A stretch of 54,466 bases of DNA from a virus (IMGVR_UViG_3300031965_000432:1-54466), one strand, 5' to 3'; counted from the stretch's first letter, positions 8,547-19,020 are shown. Translations and numbers: made by a program. The notes: generated by a model from the letters alone, not told the origin.

Positions 8547-8907
8547 TCGCGAATGACAAATCGATGTGCGCGGCATTGCACTCCGGGCAGTAATCGCCCG
8601 CCATCAACTGCACGCCGCGCTCATCACGGCAGGCGAGCTCGTCTACCCAGCGAACGCAAATAGGTGTCCCGCGCGGGTAGATGGTCGTAGCTACGACCAT
8701 CGTCGTGTCCCAGCGAAATGGTTCGGATTGCAACGCGCCCCCGTTGCCTGGTCGCGTGATGTTGCCGGTACAGCAGCGCCCGTAGACCGTTCCGATGCCC
8801 TCAACGTCCGCATGACTCGCCTTCGCGGGCGCGGTCCAACTCGCGAGCAGCCACAGGCCCAGGGCCGCGATCGCTGCCCACGTCACCGCGCGTTTCGTTA
8901 GGGCCAT
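8434..8907 (-). CDS. secreted RlpA/expansin-like double-psi beta-barrel protein
   Basis: Signal peptide (AKA), A....P.GT.I.V, GDYCPEC...HIDLS. Confidence 0.65.
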   Translation of the reverse strand: MALTKRAVTWAAIAALGLWLLASWTAPAKASHADVEGIGTVYGRCCTGNITRPGNGGALQSEPFRWDTTMVVATTIYPRGTPICVRWVDELACRDERGVQLMAGDYCPECNAAHIDLSFAIIRDRFGFCGDWDYWTCVAQWGRQSVTWWIEPPTTGG

Positions 8908-8920
8908 GAGTCCCCCTCAA

Positions 8921-8955
8921 AGCAAAAGCCATCGGGGTTAGCCGATGGCTTCGCT
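8921..8955 (-). terminator. intrinsic terminator after the lysis genes
   Basis: aagccatcgg/ccgatggctt stem ending in TTTT on the minus strand. Confidence 0.6.
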
Positions 8956-9002
8956 ACGTACTCGACGGGGCGATGATAGCAAACCCTAAGCGCCCCGCTG
9001 CG

Positions 9003-9296
9003 TTAGGGACTCGGCTTGTCGGGGTCCGTGCCCGCCACGCGCTGCGTGGGCGGCAGCAACTTCATCGCCTCGTTCGCACCAACTGGCCCGAAGGCGGCCA
9101 CTGCGGACAGCACGATCAAGGCGGGTATATCGGCGCTCATCGCCAGGCCCACGCCAACCGACACACCGAATGCCAGGAATCCCGCGAGCAGCGGACGCCA
9201 CTTGGAGTCGATTGCCTCCCACGGGATGAGCCGGACAATTCCCCAGCCCACAACCGCACCGGACCCAGCCGATCCGCCGATTTCAATTGCGTCCAT
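9003..9296 (-). CDS. putative holin
   Basis: Small, 2-3 hydrophobic segments, immediately after the endolysin. Confidence 0.65.
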   Translation of the reverse strand: MDAIEIGGSAGSGAVVGWGIVRLIPWEAIDSKWRPLLAGFLAFGVSVGVGLAMSADIPALIVLSAVAAFGPVGANEAMKLLPPTQRVAGTDPDKPSP

Positions 9297-10001
9297 CTAT
9301 CCACGTCCTTTGAAGTTCTCTTGGCCTTCCGAGTAGTCTTTCGCCAGATCGTCGGGAAGGATTGGCTGCCCTTTCGGGTCCTTCGGCAGATACCGAAACG
9401 CTAGCTTGACCGCAACCCGTGCGAGCCTCGCTCCGTATCCCAAATCTTGAAGATGCAGGTCGTCAAGGTCTTTGTACCGCTGGCGCTGATCTTCAAGCTG
9501 CTCGGTTAGTTCCTCCGCCGTGGTGGGCATCTTGCGTTCTCCGTACATGTAGGGGCCTGGGTCGATCCATGCCCAGCGCCCGTTCGTCCATTGCTGCAAC
9601 CCAATGTGCGCGTGTTGAATCTTCGAGAAGCCGCTTGTGCCGACCGCCATGATCGGCTGGCCTCTACGCGCCCGTTCGCCCGATCGAAGGCTCGTTACGC
9701 TATCCGGTATCCCGTGAGCGAACAGCACGCGGTAGTCGCCCATCCCCATCCACACGTGGTAGCCATAGCCGTAGGTTTGGTCGTTGACTTCTAGGAGCAC
9801 GCAGTCGATAGGCGCAACGTAATCCTGGGCAAGCAGCGGCCCGTTGAAATTGCGTCGCACCGTGAAGTCACGCGCGAAGTGGAAGTTGCCGGGATATGCG
9901 CCTGGGTTTCTGAGAGCGAAATCCGTCACGCCGTAGCCCTGCGTCTCACCACGCCGGTCGCGGCTGTCATTGATGGAGAGACACGACCCCCAAAAACTCA
10001 C
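9297..10001 (-). CDS. endolysin, M23 family metallopeptidase
   Basis: H..RD, YGYHV, FAH, V/ARRGQPI..VGTSGFS...HAHIG, IDP.PY. Confidence 0.8.
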   Translation of the reverse strand: MSFWGSCLSINDSRDRRGETQGYGVTDFALRNPGAYPGNFHFARDFTVRRNFNGPLLAQDYVAPIDCVLLEVNDQTYGYGYHVWMGMGDYRVLFAHGIPDSVTSLRSGERARRGQPIMAVGTSGFSKIQHAHIGLQQWTNGRWAWIDPGPYMYGERKMPTTAEELTEQLEDQRQRYKDLDDLHLQDLGYGARLARVAVKLAFRYLPKDPKGQPILPDDLAKDYSEGQENFKGRG

Positions 10002-10049
10002 CGCCGCACCGCTCCAATCAGAATCACCAACGCGCTTTCAAGTCCCATG

Positions 10050-10457
10050 TCAGCCTCCTGTCGGCAGAAACCGAATGACGATCTGAACGATGGTTACGAT
10101 CATCGCGATCGTCGCGCCGATGCCCCATATCCGCCCCTCAAGCTTTCGCTGCTCTTGGACGATTTCATTCACTTGTGTAGCGAACGGCGCGAACTCGACC
10201 TTCCGCACGAACTCGGCGTTTTGATCTCTCAGCGACTCGCGGAACTCATTCATGCCTTCCAAACGCCTGTCCACGGCATTCTCCGCCTTGATAACCGCGT
10301 TATTCGACGCTCTGAACCCAGCGTCGGTTTTTGCCTCCAATGCCGTAATCTGCGCTGTCAGGTGCCGCTCGAGGTCGTTTAGTTGTTTATCCATGTGCCG
10401 CGTTCGCTCAGCTAGCAGCGCCTCGATGTGATCAATCAGCGAAACTTCGCCGCTCAT
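10050..10457 (-). CDS. coiled-coil protein with C-terminal TM helix (lysis-associated)
   Basis: KAENAVDRRLEGMNEFR motif, C-terminal hydrophobic helix. Confidence 0.7.
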   Translation of the reverse strand: MSGEVSLIDHIEALLAERTRHMDKQLNDLERHLTAQITALEAKTDAGFRASNNAVIKAENAVDRRLEGMNEFRESLRDQNAEFVRKVEFAPFATQVNEIVQEQRKLEGRIWGIGATIAMIVTIVQIVIRFLPTGG

Positions 10458-11545
10458 GCGAACCGGTCCACTAGCGCATTGAATTCGTCCACGAGGTCGC
10501 GGCCGCGCGTACCAGGCGAGAGCGTCATCAGATGCTCTAGCGCCGTGCTACTCCAGTCAGCGCCGACCTGCCCGCGCCCGATGAACCACGCGGCGAACCA
10601 CAGTCGCGTTCGGCCGGTGGGCGTCGCGAGTCGGTTGACGCCGTAGTCGATGGCCTTCAGCGCCTCTTGCAGCCAGCCGCGGACATAGTTCACCTCCGCA
10701 CCGTAGCCGTCCATGTAGGTCGTGAACTCGTCCACCGCCAGCGGCAGCGACGCGAAGGCCGCGTCAACGACCTGCACCATCTCACGGATCGCCTGCGTGC
10801 CGAACTGGCTGCCGTAGGTCTGCTCGACCACCGAGCGCCTCGGCTCGAGCCGCCCTCCGTTAGCGGACCCACCCGAACCGATTCTCCCAGCCACGTGCAG
10901 ACAGGCGACGTTCACGATACGACGTGCCTTCGCATCGCCCGCAGCCTTGGCGCGCTTGAGCACGGAGTGCAGATAATTCAGGTACGGATGCGCCGTCGCT
11001 GAATAGCGCCAGTTGGAGTCGGTCTCGTTGACGGTCGGGTCGTATGGAGCCACAGCCGGAGAGCCGATCACGGCGTTTGGCAGCGAACCCATGTCGCCTG
11101 CCACGTAACGGATCTTCTCAGCGAAATTATCGAGCGCCGTGCCGCCATTGAGCACGCGCTGTGCCCATGACGCCGGCACCGCGCCCTCGTTGGTGATGTT
11201 CGGCTCGTTCGCGCATATCCACAGGCTAACGTGGTCGCGGAACGGCTGGTAGTTTTTGGCGGCGTCGACCACGCCGTTCAGAAACTGGTTCAGCTCTGTC
11301 ATATCGTTCTCTGCGGGAATCGATCGGTCGCCTCGATAGTGGGCACGTACCGCGATCTTGAGGTTCGGGTACGTAGATTTCAGCGATGTGATCCGCGCTG
11401 ACGTCTGCGATATAGAGTAGCCATCCCACGGATTCACGACTACGAACGGCTCGCATGTCCACATGGCGACGCTAGAGTCTGGCAGCGTCCAGCCAGTGTG
11501 GTGGAATGTGAAGCTGCCCAGTAGCGGCGATTCGCCGTTAGCCAC
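10454..11545 (-). CDS. putative glycoside hydrolase (clan GH-A-like TIM barrel)
   Basis: WICANEPN acid/base motif, ACLH, LAVDEF nucleophile-like motif. Confidence 0.6.
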   Translation of the reverse strand: MANGESPLLGSFTFHHTGWTLPDSSVAMWTCEPFVVVNPWDGYSISQTSARITSLKSTYPNLKIAVRAHYRGDRSIPAENDMTELNQFLNGVVDAAKNYQPFRDHVSLWICANEPNITNEGAVPASWAQRVLNGGTALDNFAEKIRYVAGDMGSLPNAVIGSPAVAPYDPTVNETDSNWRYSATAHPYLNYLHSVLKRAKAAGDAKARRIVNVACLHVAGRIGSGGSANGGRLEPRRSVVEQTYGSQFGTQAIREMVQVVDAAFASLPLAVDEFTTYMDGYGAEVNYVRGWLQEALKAIDYGVNRLATPTGRTRLWFAAWFIGRGQVGADWSSTALEHLMTLSPGTRGRDLVDEFNALVDRFA

Positions 11546-11660
11546 GGCGTCGAGACTCCCTATTGCGCGGAACGTTGTTGATCGTTCGCAGGTATTCTAA
11601 CCTGCACATGATACCTAGACGCCGAACGAATAGCGGCGTGAACCAGGAGGGGACTTTGCG

Positions 11661-11686
11661 TACGGCCCTCTCAGGGAGAGGGCCGT
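11661..11686 (-). terminator. stem-loop after the last tail gene
   Basis: acggccctctc/gagagggccgt 11-bp inverted repeat. Confidence 0.5.
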
Positions 11687-11701
11687 TCTCCGGGAGTTCA
11701 A

Positions 11702-11989
11702 TCATGTCAACACCGCCGTATCCGTACTGAATTTGTACCAGACGGCGCCACCGGCACCGGCGCTAGACCAGTATGCAGGAACTCCCGTCCCCGCACCTAC
11801 GCCCTCGCCCTCCTTACGGCCGTCGGTGACGTAAGTAACCGCGCCATCGAATCCGGTCGGCAGGTCCACGAACGCATAGCGCGGGAACGATCCCGCGACC
11901 TCGGCACGCTCCGTCGTCTCAAGGTGCTGGATGCGCTGGTTATGGTCTTTGATCGCGTGGGCAACACGCGCGTTGAAGTCCTCGTTCAC
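11702..11989 (-). CDS. minor tail protein
   Basis: RIQHLET, YVTDGRKEGEGVGAGTGVPAY motif; end of the tail module. Confidence 0.65.
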   Translation of the reverse strand: MNEDFNARVAHAIKDHNQRIQHLETTERAEVAGSFPRYAFVDLPTGFDGAVTYVTDGRKEGEGVGAGTGVPAYWSSAGAGGAVWYKFSTDTAVLT

Positions 11990-13182
11990 GGTGCATCCTG
12001 CACATCAACGGAGATCGTCTCGACGTTGCCTTGTCCTGGGCTGCCGTTCACCGCGCCTCGCACACCTATGATCTCCAGGTTTCTATCCGCCCCTCGGTAG
12101 CGTACCGTGACCTCATCCCCGAGCCGGTAGTCACGCCCGTAGATCGTCGCTGGCGTTTGTAATACGTCGAACTCAAATCGTTCCATTGCGCGGAATTCCT
12201 CGAGCAATGATTCACCGCGCGCCTGTAGGTCGCCCGACGCATCGGTATCACGCGCATCGCGCACGACCTCGCTGTCGTTCCAAGGTGACTCTGCCGCCGC
12301 GGCAGAGTCACTAAGCACCTCAACAGTTCGATCATCACCCTGACCTTGCCCAAGCACCAGCGCGACAGTCGCCTCGTTGGAAGCGTCGAGTCCGTAGCTA
12401 GGCGCCTGCAGGTTGCCGCGATCGAGGCTAAAGATCACCGGCGCATTCCCCGCAGCGTTCATACCCGTCGTTACGTTGAGTCCGTCCGTCGAACGGTCCT
12501 CGCCGTACGGCGCCGCGCGAGCCTGAACCACAAACGACGGGATCGACGCGCCGCCTTCGACGCGGAACCGCGTCACCGTAGCGAGCCCAATCTCCTGGAG
12601 CACCTCGAGCAGATTGCGCCGCGCCCGCTGGCCACTCCACGCTCCACCCGAACCGGTGTCCGCCGCCGTCGTGACGTTCGGCAGTATGTGGTCGCGGTCC
12701 CTACCGGCAGCGGCCAGCGCGCTCGCGCCAACGTTTTGCAATGCGTAGGTCTTGATAACAGTCTCACCGGGTCCGGATAACTGTGTTTGTGGCAGGCCAG
12801 CCGCCCACGCAATCGCCGCGCGTCGCAGGATATCCGTGTACTCCACCGCCGAAATGGTTGCAATAGCATCGCCGTCCGCCGTCACCAAGCGCGATCCCGC
12901 ACGCGCGAGGAACAATCCTTCGACGTACGGCACGAGCGGCTTGGCTGGGTCGGTCGTTAGATCGTAGCGACGCAGCTCAATGATCTGGTCGCGAATGATC
13001 TGATCGGAGGCGTCGAAGAATAGGCTCGTCTTTGTCTGGTCGGCTGGGTTATCACCTATCTCTAGGTCCAGTCCGCCAATCGCCGAGACGCGCACCCACC
13101 AGCGCAGGTCGCGCCAGTCGTTATAGATCGCTAGCAGCGTGCCGGATGTGTTGTGGAGCCGGACTTCAAGCCGAGCGGCCAT
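11986..13182 (-). CDS. siphovirus minor tail/hub protein (ReqiPepy6 gp37-like)
   Basis: GQGQGDDR, E..RDARD, YGRDYRLGDEVTV. Confidence 0.8.
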   Translation of the reverse strand: MAARLEVRLHNTSGTLLAIYNDWRDLRWWVRVSAIGGLDLEIGDNPADQTKTSLFFDASDQIIRDQIIELRRYDLTTDPAKPLVPYVEGLFLARAGSRLVTADGDAIATISAVEYTDILRRAAIAWAAGLPQTQLSGPGETVIKTYALQNVGASALAAAGRDRDHILPNVTTAADTGSGGAWSGQRARRNLLEVLQEIGLATVTRFRVEGGASIPSFVVQARAAPYGEDRSTDGLNVTTGMNAAGNAPVIFSLDRGNLQAPSYGLDASNEATVALVLGQGQGDDRTVEVLSDSAAAAESPWNDSEVVRDARDTDASGDLQARGESLLEEFRAMERFEFDVLQTPATIYGRDYRLGDEVTVRYRGADRNLEIIGVRGAVNGSPGQGNVETISVDVQDAP

Positions 13183-13188
13183 TAGCCA

Positions 13189-13458
13189 CTAGTTTAGATC
13201 CAGCGCCTTGGCCAGTACGGCCAGCTTTTCCGCGTCGGTACTGGCCGCGGCAAACTCACCCCTAAGCGCTACTTTCGGGTCGGCGGGCACCGGATCGGGA
13301 TTCGCCGCTAGCCACTCATCAATATCCACGACCTGCCAAGTCTGGTTCTTCAAGCGCTCGGGCACGTTACGATCTGTGTACGCCGCCGCACCTAGCTCCC
13401 ACTCGTCAGCGCGATGCTCGCGAACGCCGCTCTCAAATATCCGAACCATGCGACCCAT
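13189..13458 (-). CDS. hypothetical protein (possible tail fibre chaperone)
   Basis: Position after the fibre-like gene; start overlaps its stop. Confidence 0.55.
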   Translation of the reverse strand: MGRMVRIFESGVREHRADEWELGAAAYTDRNVPERLKNQTWQVVDIDEWLAANPDPVPADPKVALRGEFAAASTDAEKLAVLAKALDLN

Positions 13459-14378
13459 TACTGATCTCCAAACGCAACGACGTGGAACGGCGTGTCAAAA
13501 ACATTCGGATCTGAATCGGATGTTCGTATCTTGAATGATCCTACTGCTATATCCGACACGGAAACGTAGCGGAAAGAGCCCCCGCCCACTTCGGCTAAAG
13601 CCGCGACTACGTAGTCCGTATTCGAAAAGTCATCATCTAGTGTGATCGTATAGACGCCGGTCGAATCCTTCGCGGCAGAGGTGATGTTGTAGGAGTTCGA
13701 TTGCAGCGTGCCGTCGCTTGCCACCGTGCAATACGCCTTCGCCGCGCCCGGAATAAACCGGGCCAAGTCGGGCGGGATGTACTTGTCAACATCAGACTCG
13801 GCCTCGATCTCGGCCTGCGACGCTTGATCGGGAACGGCGTCCGGCGTAGACCACTCCAACGCCGTACCGCCCGCGTTTGTCCGAAGCACCTGCAGCGCAG
13901 TACCGAAGCCGGGAATGCGCAGGAGAAAATCACGATCGTCCGTGACCGTAATCGCCGCTAGTGTCGTAATCGATACCTGCGCAAGCGGGATGTCCCACGT
14001 AGTACCGTCAACCTGCGTTAGGCTAGGCGCGCCGCCGCCCTCCGTGCCTGCGACACGCGTAATCCGAACTGTCTGAGCAGCCCACGACTTTCGCAATACG
14101 ATGCGATCGATGCGCGTCGCGCCTGCAGGCGTTGGAATCGCGACAGTGACCGCCGCGTCGTTGCCGTACCATGTCCCGTGATTGAGCGCGTAACCGGTAT
14201 CTATGCTGACCGGGCTGACGACGCCAGTGACTTCTAGCTCGTTGAGCAGTCCGTCGAAGACACCATCGTCCGAGCCGGTCTGTAGCATCGTGCGCCACAC
14301 TTCGGCCCAATGGTCGAAGGTGTACGGACCGGCATCTCCGAGAATTTGTCCCGTCCAGGGACGGCTCGTCTCAGCCAC
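13458..14378 (-). CDS. minor tail/baseplate-fibre protein
   Basis: RIDRIVLR...P.LTQ..G.TWDIPLAQV...DDR; C-terminal TGVYTIT...YVV domain. Confidence 0.75.
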   Translation of the reverse strand: MAETSRPWTGQILGDAGPYTFDHWAEVWRTMLQTGSDDGVFDGLLNELEVTGVVSPVSIDTGYALNHGTWYGNDAAVTVAIPTPAGATRIDRIVLRKSWAAQTVRITRVAGTEGGGAPSLTQVDGTTWDIPLAQVSITTLAAITVTDDRDFLLRIPGFGTALQVLRTNAGGTALEWSTPDAVPDQASQAEIEAESDVDKYIPPDLARFIPGAAKAYCTVASDGTLQSNSYNITSAAKDSTGVYTITLDDDFSNTDYVVAALAEVGGGSFRYVSVSDIAVGSFKIRTSDSDPNVFDTPFHVVAFGDQ

Positions 14379-14379
14379 G

Positions 14380-15336
14380 CTAGCCTCCCAAACCGATGTA
14401 TCGGGTGAAGTATGCCAGACTCACCGCCGTATTAGCATCGGCGTCCGATCCGGTGACTTGGATATCGTTCACGCCGCCAGGTGCACGCGGATCGACCTCT
14501 AGCCGCCACGTCCCCAGCTCGCTCCCGCTGTCCACCGTGCCGATCAGGTTCGTGCCCAAGTTGTTGACGACCGTCTTGCGCCCGTACTCAAGGTCGATCG
14601 TCACCGTCTCGCCGAGCGGTATGTCGTAGGCGAGCGTGATTTCTTCCCCGATAGTCACATTCGTAATCGATGGCCCATTCAGCGGCCCTTGCAGCGTAAT
14701 CACGGGGAACGATGGCCACGATCCGGCGTAGGTGATGTTCTGCGACACGCTCAAGATGCCCGTCCCAAACGTGATTGGAAACGTGATCGGGAACACGAGC
14801 TGGCTCTGCGTCGCCAGCGTGAACACGACATCAACTTCGGTCGGGCTGAACCATGTGGGGTCGGGCGCGAACAGCCGGATAGGCTCCTCGAATGCGAACT
14901 CATCCCACCCGGCCGGTGCCGTAGGAGTCGTGAACCGCAGGCCATCGTCCACGAACACTTCCAGGTCGCGCTTCGTGCCGTCCGGCAGGATCTTCCGCAG
15001 TCGCGCGGGCATGATCGCCCCGTTCGTAGATCGGTTCGGACGCAGTCGGTCCAGGGCTAAAGCCCTGGCATCCCAGTACTGCTGCCGCGTGCAACGACCG
15101 TCGCGCAATACCAACTCCACGGTGCGTGGCTCTAGGAAGAAGTCGGTGACTGTTACGCCATCCTGGAACGGCCCGCGCTGTGCGAGGTAGCGGATCGGCG
15201 GCATCCCGTCGCCGCTCAGGTTGATTACCCATCGGCCCGAGAAATTCTCTAGCCTATAGCGCAGCCCGTCCGCGGTGATGATTTCCCACCACTCGGTTTT
15301 GCGCTGCCGTTCGACCATGAAAACGGGATTGATCAT
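14380..15336 (-). CDS. distal tail (Dit)-like protein
   Basis: G.GMPP...PFQDG...PR.V.L, APDP.W, FPITFPITF, GP..GP.ITN; follows the TMP. Confidence 0.8.
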   Translation of the reverse strand: MINPVFMVERQRKTEWWEIITADGLRYRLENFSGRWVINLSGDGMPPIRYLAQRGPFQDGVTVTDFFLEPRTVELVLRDGRCTRQQYWDARALALDRLRPNRSTNGAIMPARLRKILPDGTKRDLEVFVDDGLRFTTPTAPAGWDEFAFEEPIRLFAPDPTWFSPTEVDVVFTLATQSQLVFPITFPITFGTGILSVSQNITYAGSWPSFPVITLQGPLNGPSITNVTIGEEITLAYDIPLGETVTIDLEYGRKTVVNNLGTNLIGTVDSGSELGTWRLEVDPRAPGGVNDIQVTGSDADANTAVSLAYFTRYIGLGG

Positions 15337-18300
15337 CGTACGCCCAGCAATACGAATCGCACGTCGGCGCTCACGCTGGACGGGCTCTGCGACCGCTGAT
15401 ACGTCGCGTTCACGGTGACGTTTGCACCCTCACGGGTATTGATCGGGACGGGGATCATGCGCGAGCCGCCGACCAATGGCATCGCCGCCGCCGGCATAGC
15501 AGGCGCAACCAGTCGCCCTGCCGCGCGCGACAGTCCGGATATCATCGCGCCCAGTCCTTGCTGCTGTGTTCGGTTCAGAATCAACTCTCCAGCGTGCACC
15601 ACCGCTGCAATCGCCTGGCCAGCGGCGCCGGGCACGAATCCACCCTCCGCGAACTGGGGCGGATTGTACGGCAGCCCCGTATCGAATCCCGCTGGCGTCG
15701 ATTGAATCGCCGCTGCCGTGCGCAGCGCCTCGACGTAGCGCCGCGCTGTCTCTAGGTTCACATTGAGCGTAGCGCCCTGCGTTGCCAGCACCGCTGCGAT
15801 CGCTTCCTCGATCTCCCTGCGCGCGTCGGCCGCCTCGGCGGCATCTTCCTCAGCCTCGACCTGGTCGCGCAGGTTCTCTAGCTCATCGTCTAGCTTGGCG
15901 AATATCGCGTCCCGCGCAATCGTGGCGGCGTCGAACTCCGCCTGGATGGCGGCCACACGCGCGCCGTGAACCTCTTGCGCCTTGATCAGCTCGGCCTCCA
16001 GCGCGGTTATCTGTGTAGTCGCCTGTCGGTTCAGGATGTCCAATTGATCGCTACGAAGCTCGACCTGTTCCTGTAGGAATCCGATCTCGTTACGATGCCG
16101 TTCGTCGATCTCGGCCAGCGATTCGGCCTGCTGCTCAAGTAGCAGCGCCTTCTCTTCTTCGCTGGCAGCCGCCGCGATACGTTCGCGGAACTGCGTGCGG
16201 ATATGGAACTGTTCTTGGTTGATCTGTTCGTTTAGGAGCTTTAGCTCTAGCTGAGCGCCTGACAATTCCTCAGACTGGATGCTGTCCGCAACCTGTTTGC
16301 GCACGCCCGCGATGGCCTTCTCAAGTCGCTCAATCTCCGACGTAGCGGCAACCGCATCGTCTAGCCGGCGTTTGATGCCATCCAGCACGCGGCCCGAATC
16401 CTCGCGCGTGCGTGCAATCTCACGCTCTTTGTCTGCTATCCGCGTGTCGACGACGATCAGCCGCTCCGCCGCGCTCAGAGCACGCTCTAGCTGAGTAGCG
16501 GCTGCCTCCGCCGCCCTAGCCGCGTCATCAGCGGGCGATGATCCGCCGCCGCCTCCACCCCCGCCGCCGCCAGTTGCCCGCGGGGGCGGTTTGCCCTTCA
16601 TCGTGCCGCCGCCCAGCAGACTCAGAGCGTTAGTAACCTCATTGGCTGCGCGTGCCGTTGCGATAGCTTGCCCCTCAAGCACAGCCAATCCAGCGGCCGC
16701 CAGCCGCATTGCTTGGTCAACGGCGGGGCCTTCAAGTCCCGCGGCGCGTAGCTGCAATTCAAGAATCTCGAGCGAGTCTGCCGCAGGCACGACGCCGCTA
16801 TGCTGCAGAATGCCTAGGATCGTTGCCACCTGGTCGGACTCAAGCCCAGCTGCGATCATCGCCTTCTCGACGTCGTTGACAACGCCTGTAATTGCCTTGA
16901 GCTCGTCGGCGGCGTCCGTTACTGCGTCGGTGGTCTCTTCGATCGCATCCGTTAGAAGCTGAGATGTTTCGTACAGTGCTTCGTCTTGCGCCTCAAGCGC
17001 GTCCGCGGCCAGGAGCGCTTCCCCTTGCGCAGTGGCCAGGTCTAGCCACGCTTGGCGCGCAAGGATCGTGGCTTCCATCTCCTTGAGCTTCTGCAGCGTC
17101 AGGTTGTTGCTTATCTGTGTCAGGAAAAACGAGTTATTCGCTAGCTCTTCCTGAGCCGCGATCAGTTCACGCAGATGTGGCAGTTGCGCGACGGTCATCT
17201 TGTCGACGCCCGCTATCGATGTGCCTAGCGCGTCGAACGTTGTGCCAAGCTGTTGCAGCCCGCTCAGGAAGTCACGGAGAATCGGAAGGGTCTGCGTGCC
17301 TAGCTGGGCCGCGAAGTTACCGACTTGATTCTTTAGCCGTTCCATCTTGGCGGCGGTCGTCTCCGCGAACTTCCCAGATTCCTCTATGAGCGCGTTTCCG
17401 GTCTCCATCTCCCGGTTACCGGTTTCGAATGCGCGCTCGACCTCGTTCACCGCCGACGCCGTGCCTAGCAATGCGCGCTGCAATCGCACGTCACTAAGGC
17501 CCAGGTCTTCTAGGACAACGAACAGGTTCTGCCCGGACTCTTCGGCAGTCTTCAACCCACGAACAAATGCCAGCAGCGCCTCCGCCGGCGAGCTGGCCAC
17601 AAGATTTCGGAACTCGTCGGCAGTCATACCCGTGACAGCAGCTAGGTCCTCAAGGTCCTGACCGCCAAGCGCCGCGCGCTTAGATATCTCAGACATGACG
17701 CGCGAGAACGCCGTGCCGCCAGCCTCAGCCTCGATACCTATCTGTCGCAATGCCGCGCCCAGGCCTAGGATCTCGCCTTCGGTAAGCCCGAACTGACGAC
17801 CGGCGCCCGCCAGACGTAGCGCCATGTCCAGGATTTCAGACTCAGTGGCGGCAAACGTATTACCGAGCCCTACCAGCGCCGAGCCTAGATTCGCCACGTC
17901 GTTTTCCGACGTCCCTAGGATCGTCGATAGCCGCGCCAGCCCAGTGATCGCTTCTTCAGCGCCAAGGTTAGTGCTAAACCCTAAGCGCGCCGCGGTCTCT
18001 GCAAATAGATCGAGGTTCTCAGAACTAACGCCTAGCTGCCCGGCCGTTTGCGCGAGTCCTAGTAGCGCCTCTGCGCTAATGGGCAGTTCCTCGCTTAGCC
18101 CGCGCATCCGCTCGCCGAGTGCCGCGAGTTCGGAGGTGCTTAGGTTGGTGGTCTTAGCGACCCCAACGAGCGCCGACTCCCAGCGGATCGCACCGCCTAT
18201 GACGGCATCGAGTCCCTTGCCTATAGCCTGCGTGCCGATGTACGCCGCGGCCATGCCGGCCGCGAACGCTAAGGCTCGTTTACCAGCAGAGTCGAATGCT

Positions 18301-18443
18301 CCGCCTAGCCCGGTGGCGGTCTTCGCGGCCGTGGTCGTTGACCCCGCGACTTTGTCCGTGGCCTGCTGTGCTTGCGTGAGGTTGGACTTATAGGGTCCTA
18401 GACCCTCGACCACCATCCGAACGCCAAGCGGCTCGAGCGCCAA
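15333..18443 (-). CDS. tape measure protein (TP901-like core)
   Basis: WESAL.GVAKT, LGN.FAATE.EI, GIEAEAGGTAFS, C-terminal FAEGGFVPG...VHAGE.IL; AGGAGG SD before TTG. Confidence 0.92.
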   Translation of the reverse strand: MALEPLGVRMVVEGLGPYKSNLTQAQQATDKVAGSTTTAAKTATGLGGAFDSAGKRALAFAAGMAAAYIGTQAIGKGLDAVIGGAIRWESALVGVAKTTNLSTSELAALGERMRGLSEELPISAEALLGLAQTAGQLGVSSENLDLFAETAARLGFSTNLGAEEAITGLARLSTILGTSENDVANLGSALVGLGNTFAATESEILDMALRLAGAGRQFGLTEGEILGLGAALRQIGIEAEAGGTAFSRVMSEISKRAALGGQDLEDLAAVTGMTADEFRNLVASSPAEALLAFVRGLKTAEESGQNLFVVLEDLGLSDVRLQRALLGTASAVNEVERAFETGNREMETGNALIEESGKFAETTAAKMERLKNQVGNFAAQLGTQTLPILRDFLSGLQQLGTTFDALGTSIAGVDKMTVAQLPHLRELIAAQEELANNSFFLTQISNNLTLQKLKEMEATILARQAWLDLATAQGEALLAADALEAQDEALYETSQLLTDAIEETTDAVTDAADELKAITGVVNDVEKAMIAAGLESDQVATILGILQHSGVVPAADSLEILELQLRAAGLEGPAVDQAMRLAAAGLAVLEGQAIATARAANEVTNALSLLGGGTMKGKPPPRATGGGGGGGGGGSSPADDAARAAEAAATQLERALSAAERLIVVDTRIADKEREIARTREDSGRVLDGIKRRLDDAVAATSEIERLEKAIAGVRKQVADSIQSEELSGAQLELKLLNEQINQEQFHIRTQFRERIAAAASEEEKALLLEQQAESLAEIDERHRNEIGFLQEQVELRSDQLDILNRQATTQITALEAELIKAQEVHGARVAAIQAEFDAATIARDAIFAKLDDELENLRDQVEAEEDAAEAADARREIEEAIAAVLATQGATLNVNLETARRYVEALRTAAAIQSTPAGFDTGLPYNPPQFAEGGFVPGAAGQAIAAVVHAGELILNRTQQQGLGAMISGLSRAAGRLVAPAMPAAAMPLVGGSRMIPVPINTREGANVTVNATYQRSQSPSSVSADVRFVLLGVR

Positions 18444-18492
18444 CGGGTGCCTCCTGTATGCACGGAGACACCCCTCCGCCTGTCAGTGTACG

Positions 18493-19020
18493 CTAGGTCG
18501 TTTCTTCGTCCATTGGCCGGATGTTGCTGAGGATGCCCACAGTGCGTATAACGCTCGCACCGTCGGCGGCGTCCGCGCACGCGGTCGTTAGGAACCACTC
18601 GCGATACCGTGAGCGACGATCATCGCTCACGCTAAGCCCGATCGATTCCAACGTTTTTACCCACTCATCTCCGTCCGGGCCTTCCATCCCCTTCGGCAAG
18701 CTCGCGACCTCAGTACCCAGAATTACGAACGCTTTATTGATCTGGCCTAGAAGCGCCATATTCCGCTCGTCTAGGTCGCTCAGATACTCGGGATCGTCTG
18801 GGTTAGGCTCTGCCCGCTCGGTGTCAGGATTGATGCGCGTAGGCACCTCGGGGATTGGTCGCTGCTCGTATATCCGCGAGAGGATCAATCCGCTCACGGC
18901 CTTGCACCGGATCACAACGCCCGTGCTTAGCGTGACGTCACGATACACCGGCGTCGTTCCGTTCAATGGCGGCACGTCGGCCGGGGCCTCGACCGTCGCA
19001 AGGCTTCGCCGCCTGGCCAT
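18493..19020 (-). CDS. tail assembly chaperone-like protein (paralogue of the upstream gene)
   Basis: LSTGV..C..V, EPNPDDPEY; directly upstream of the TMP. Confidence 0.7.
   Translation of the reverse strand: MARRRSLATVEAPADVPPLNGTTPVYRDVTLSTGVVIRCKAVSGLILSRIYEQRPIPEVPTRINPDTERAEPNPDDPEYLSDLDERNMALLGQINKAFVILGTEVASLPKGMEGPDGDEWVKTLESIGLSVSDDRRSRYREWFLTTACADAADGASVIRTVGILSNIRPMDEETT

Noticed and set aside
13458-14378. Diversity-generating retroelement target in the fibre gene
   Set aside because: No reverse transcriptase and no template/variable repeat pair were seen.
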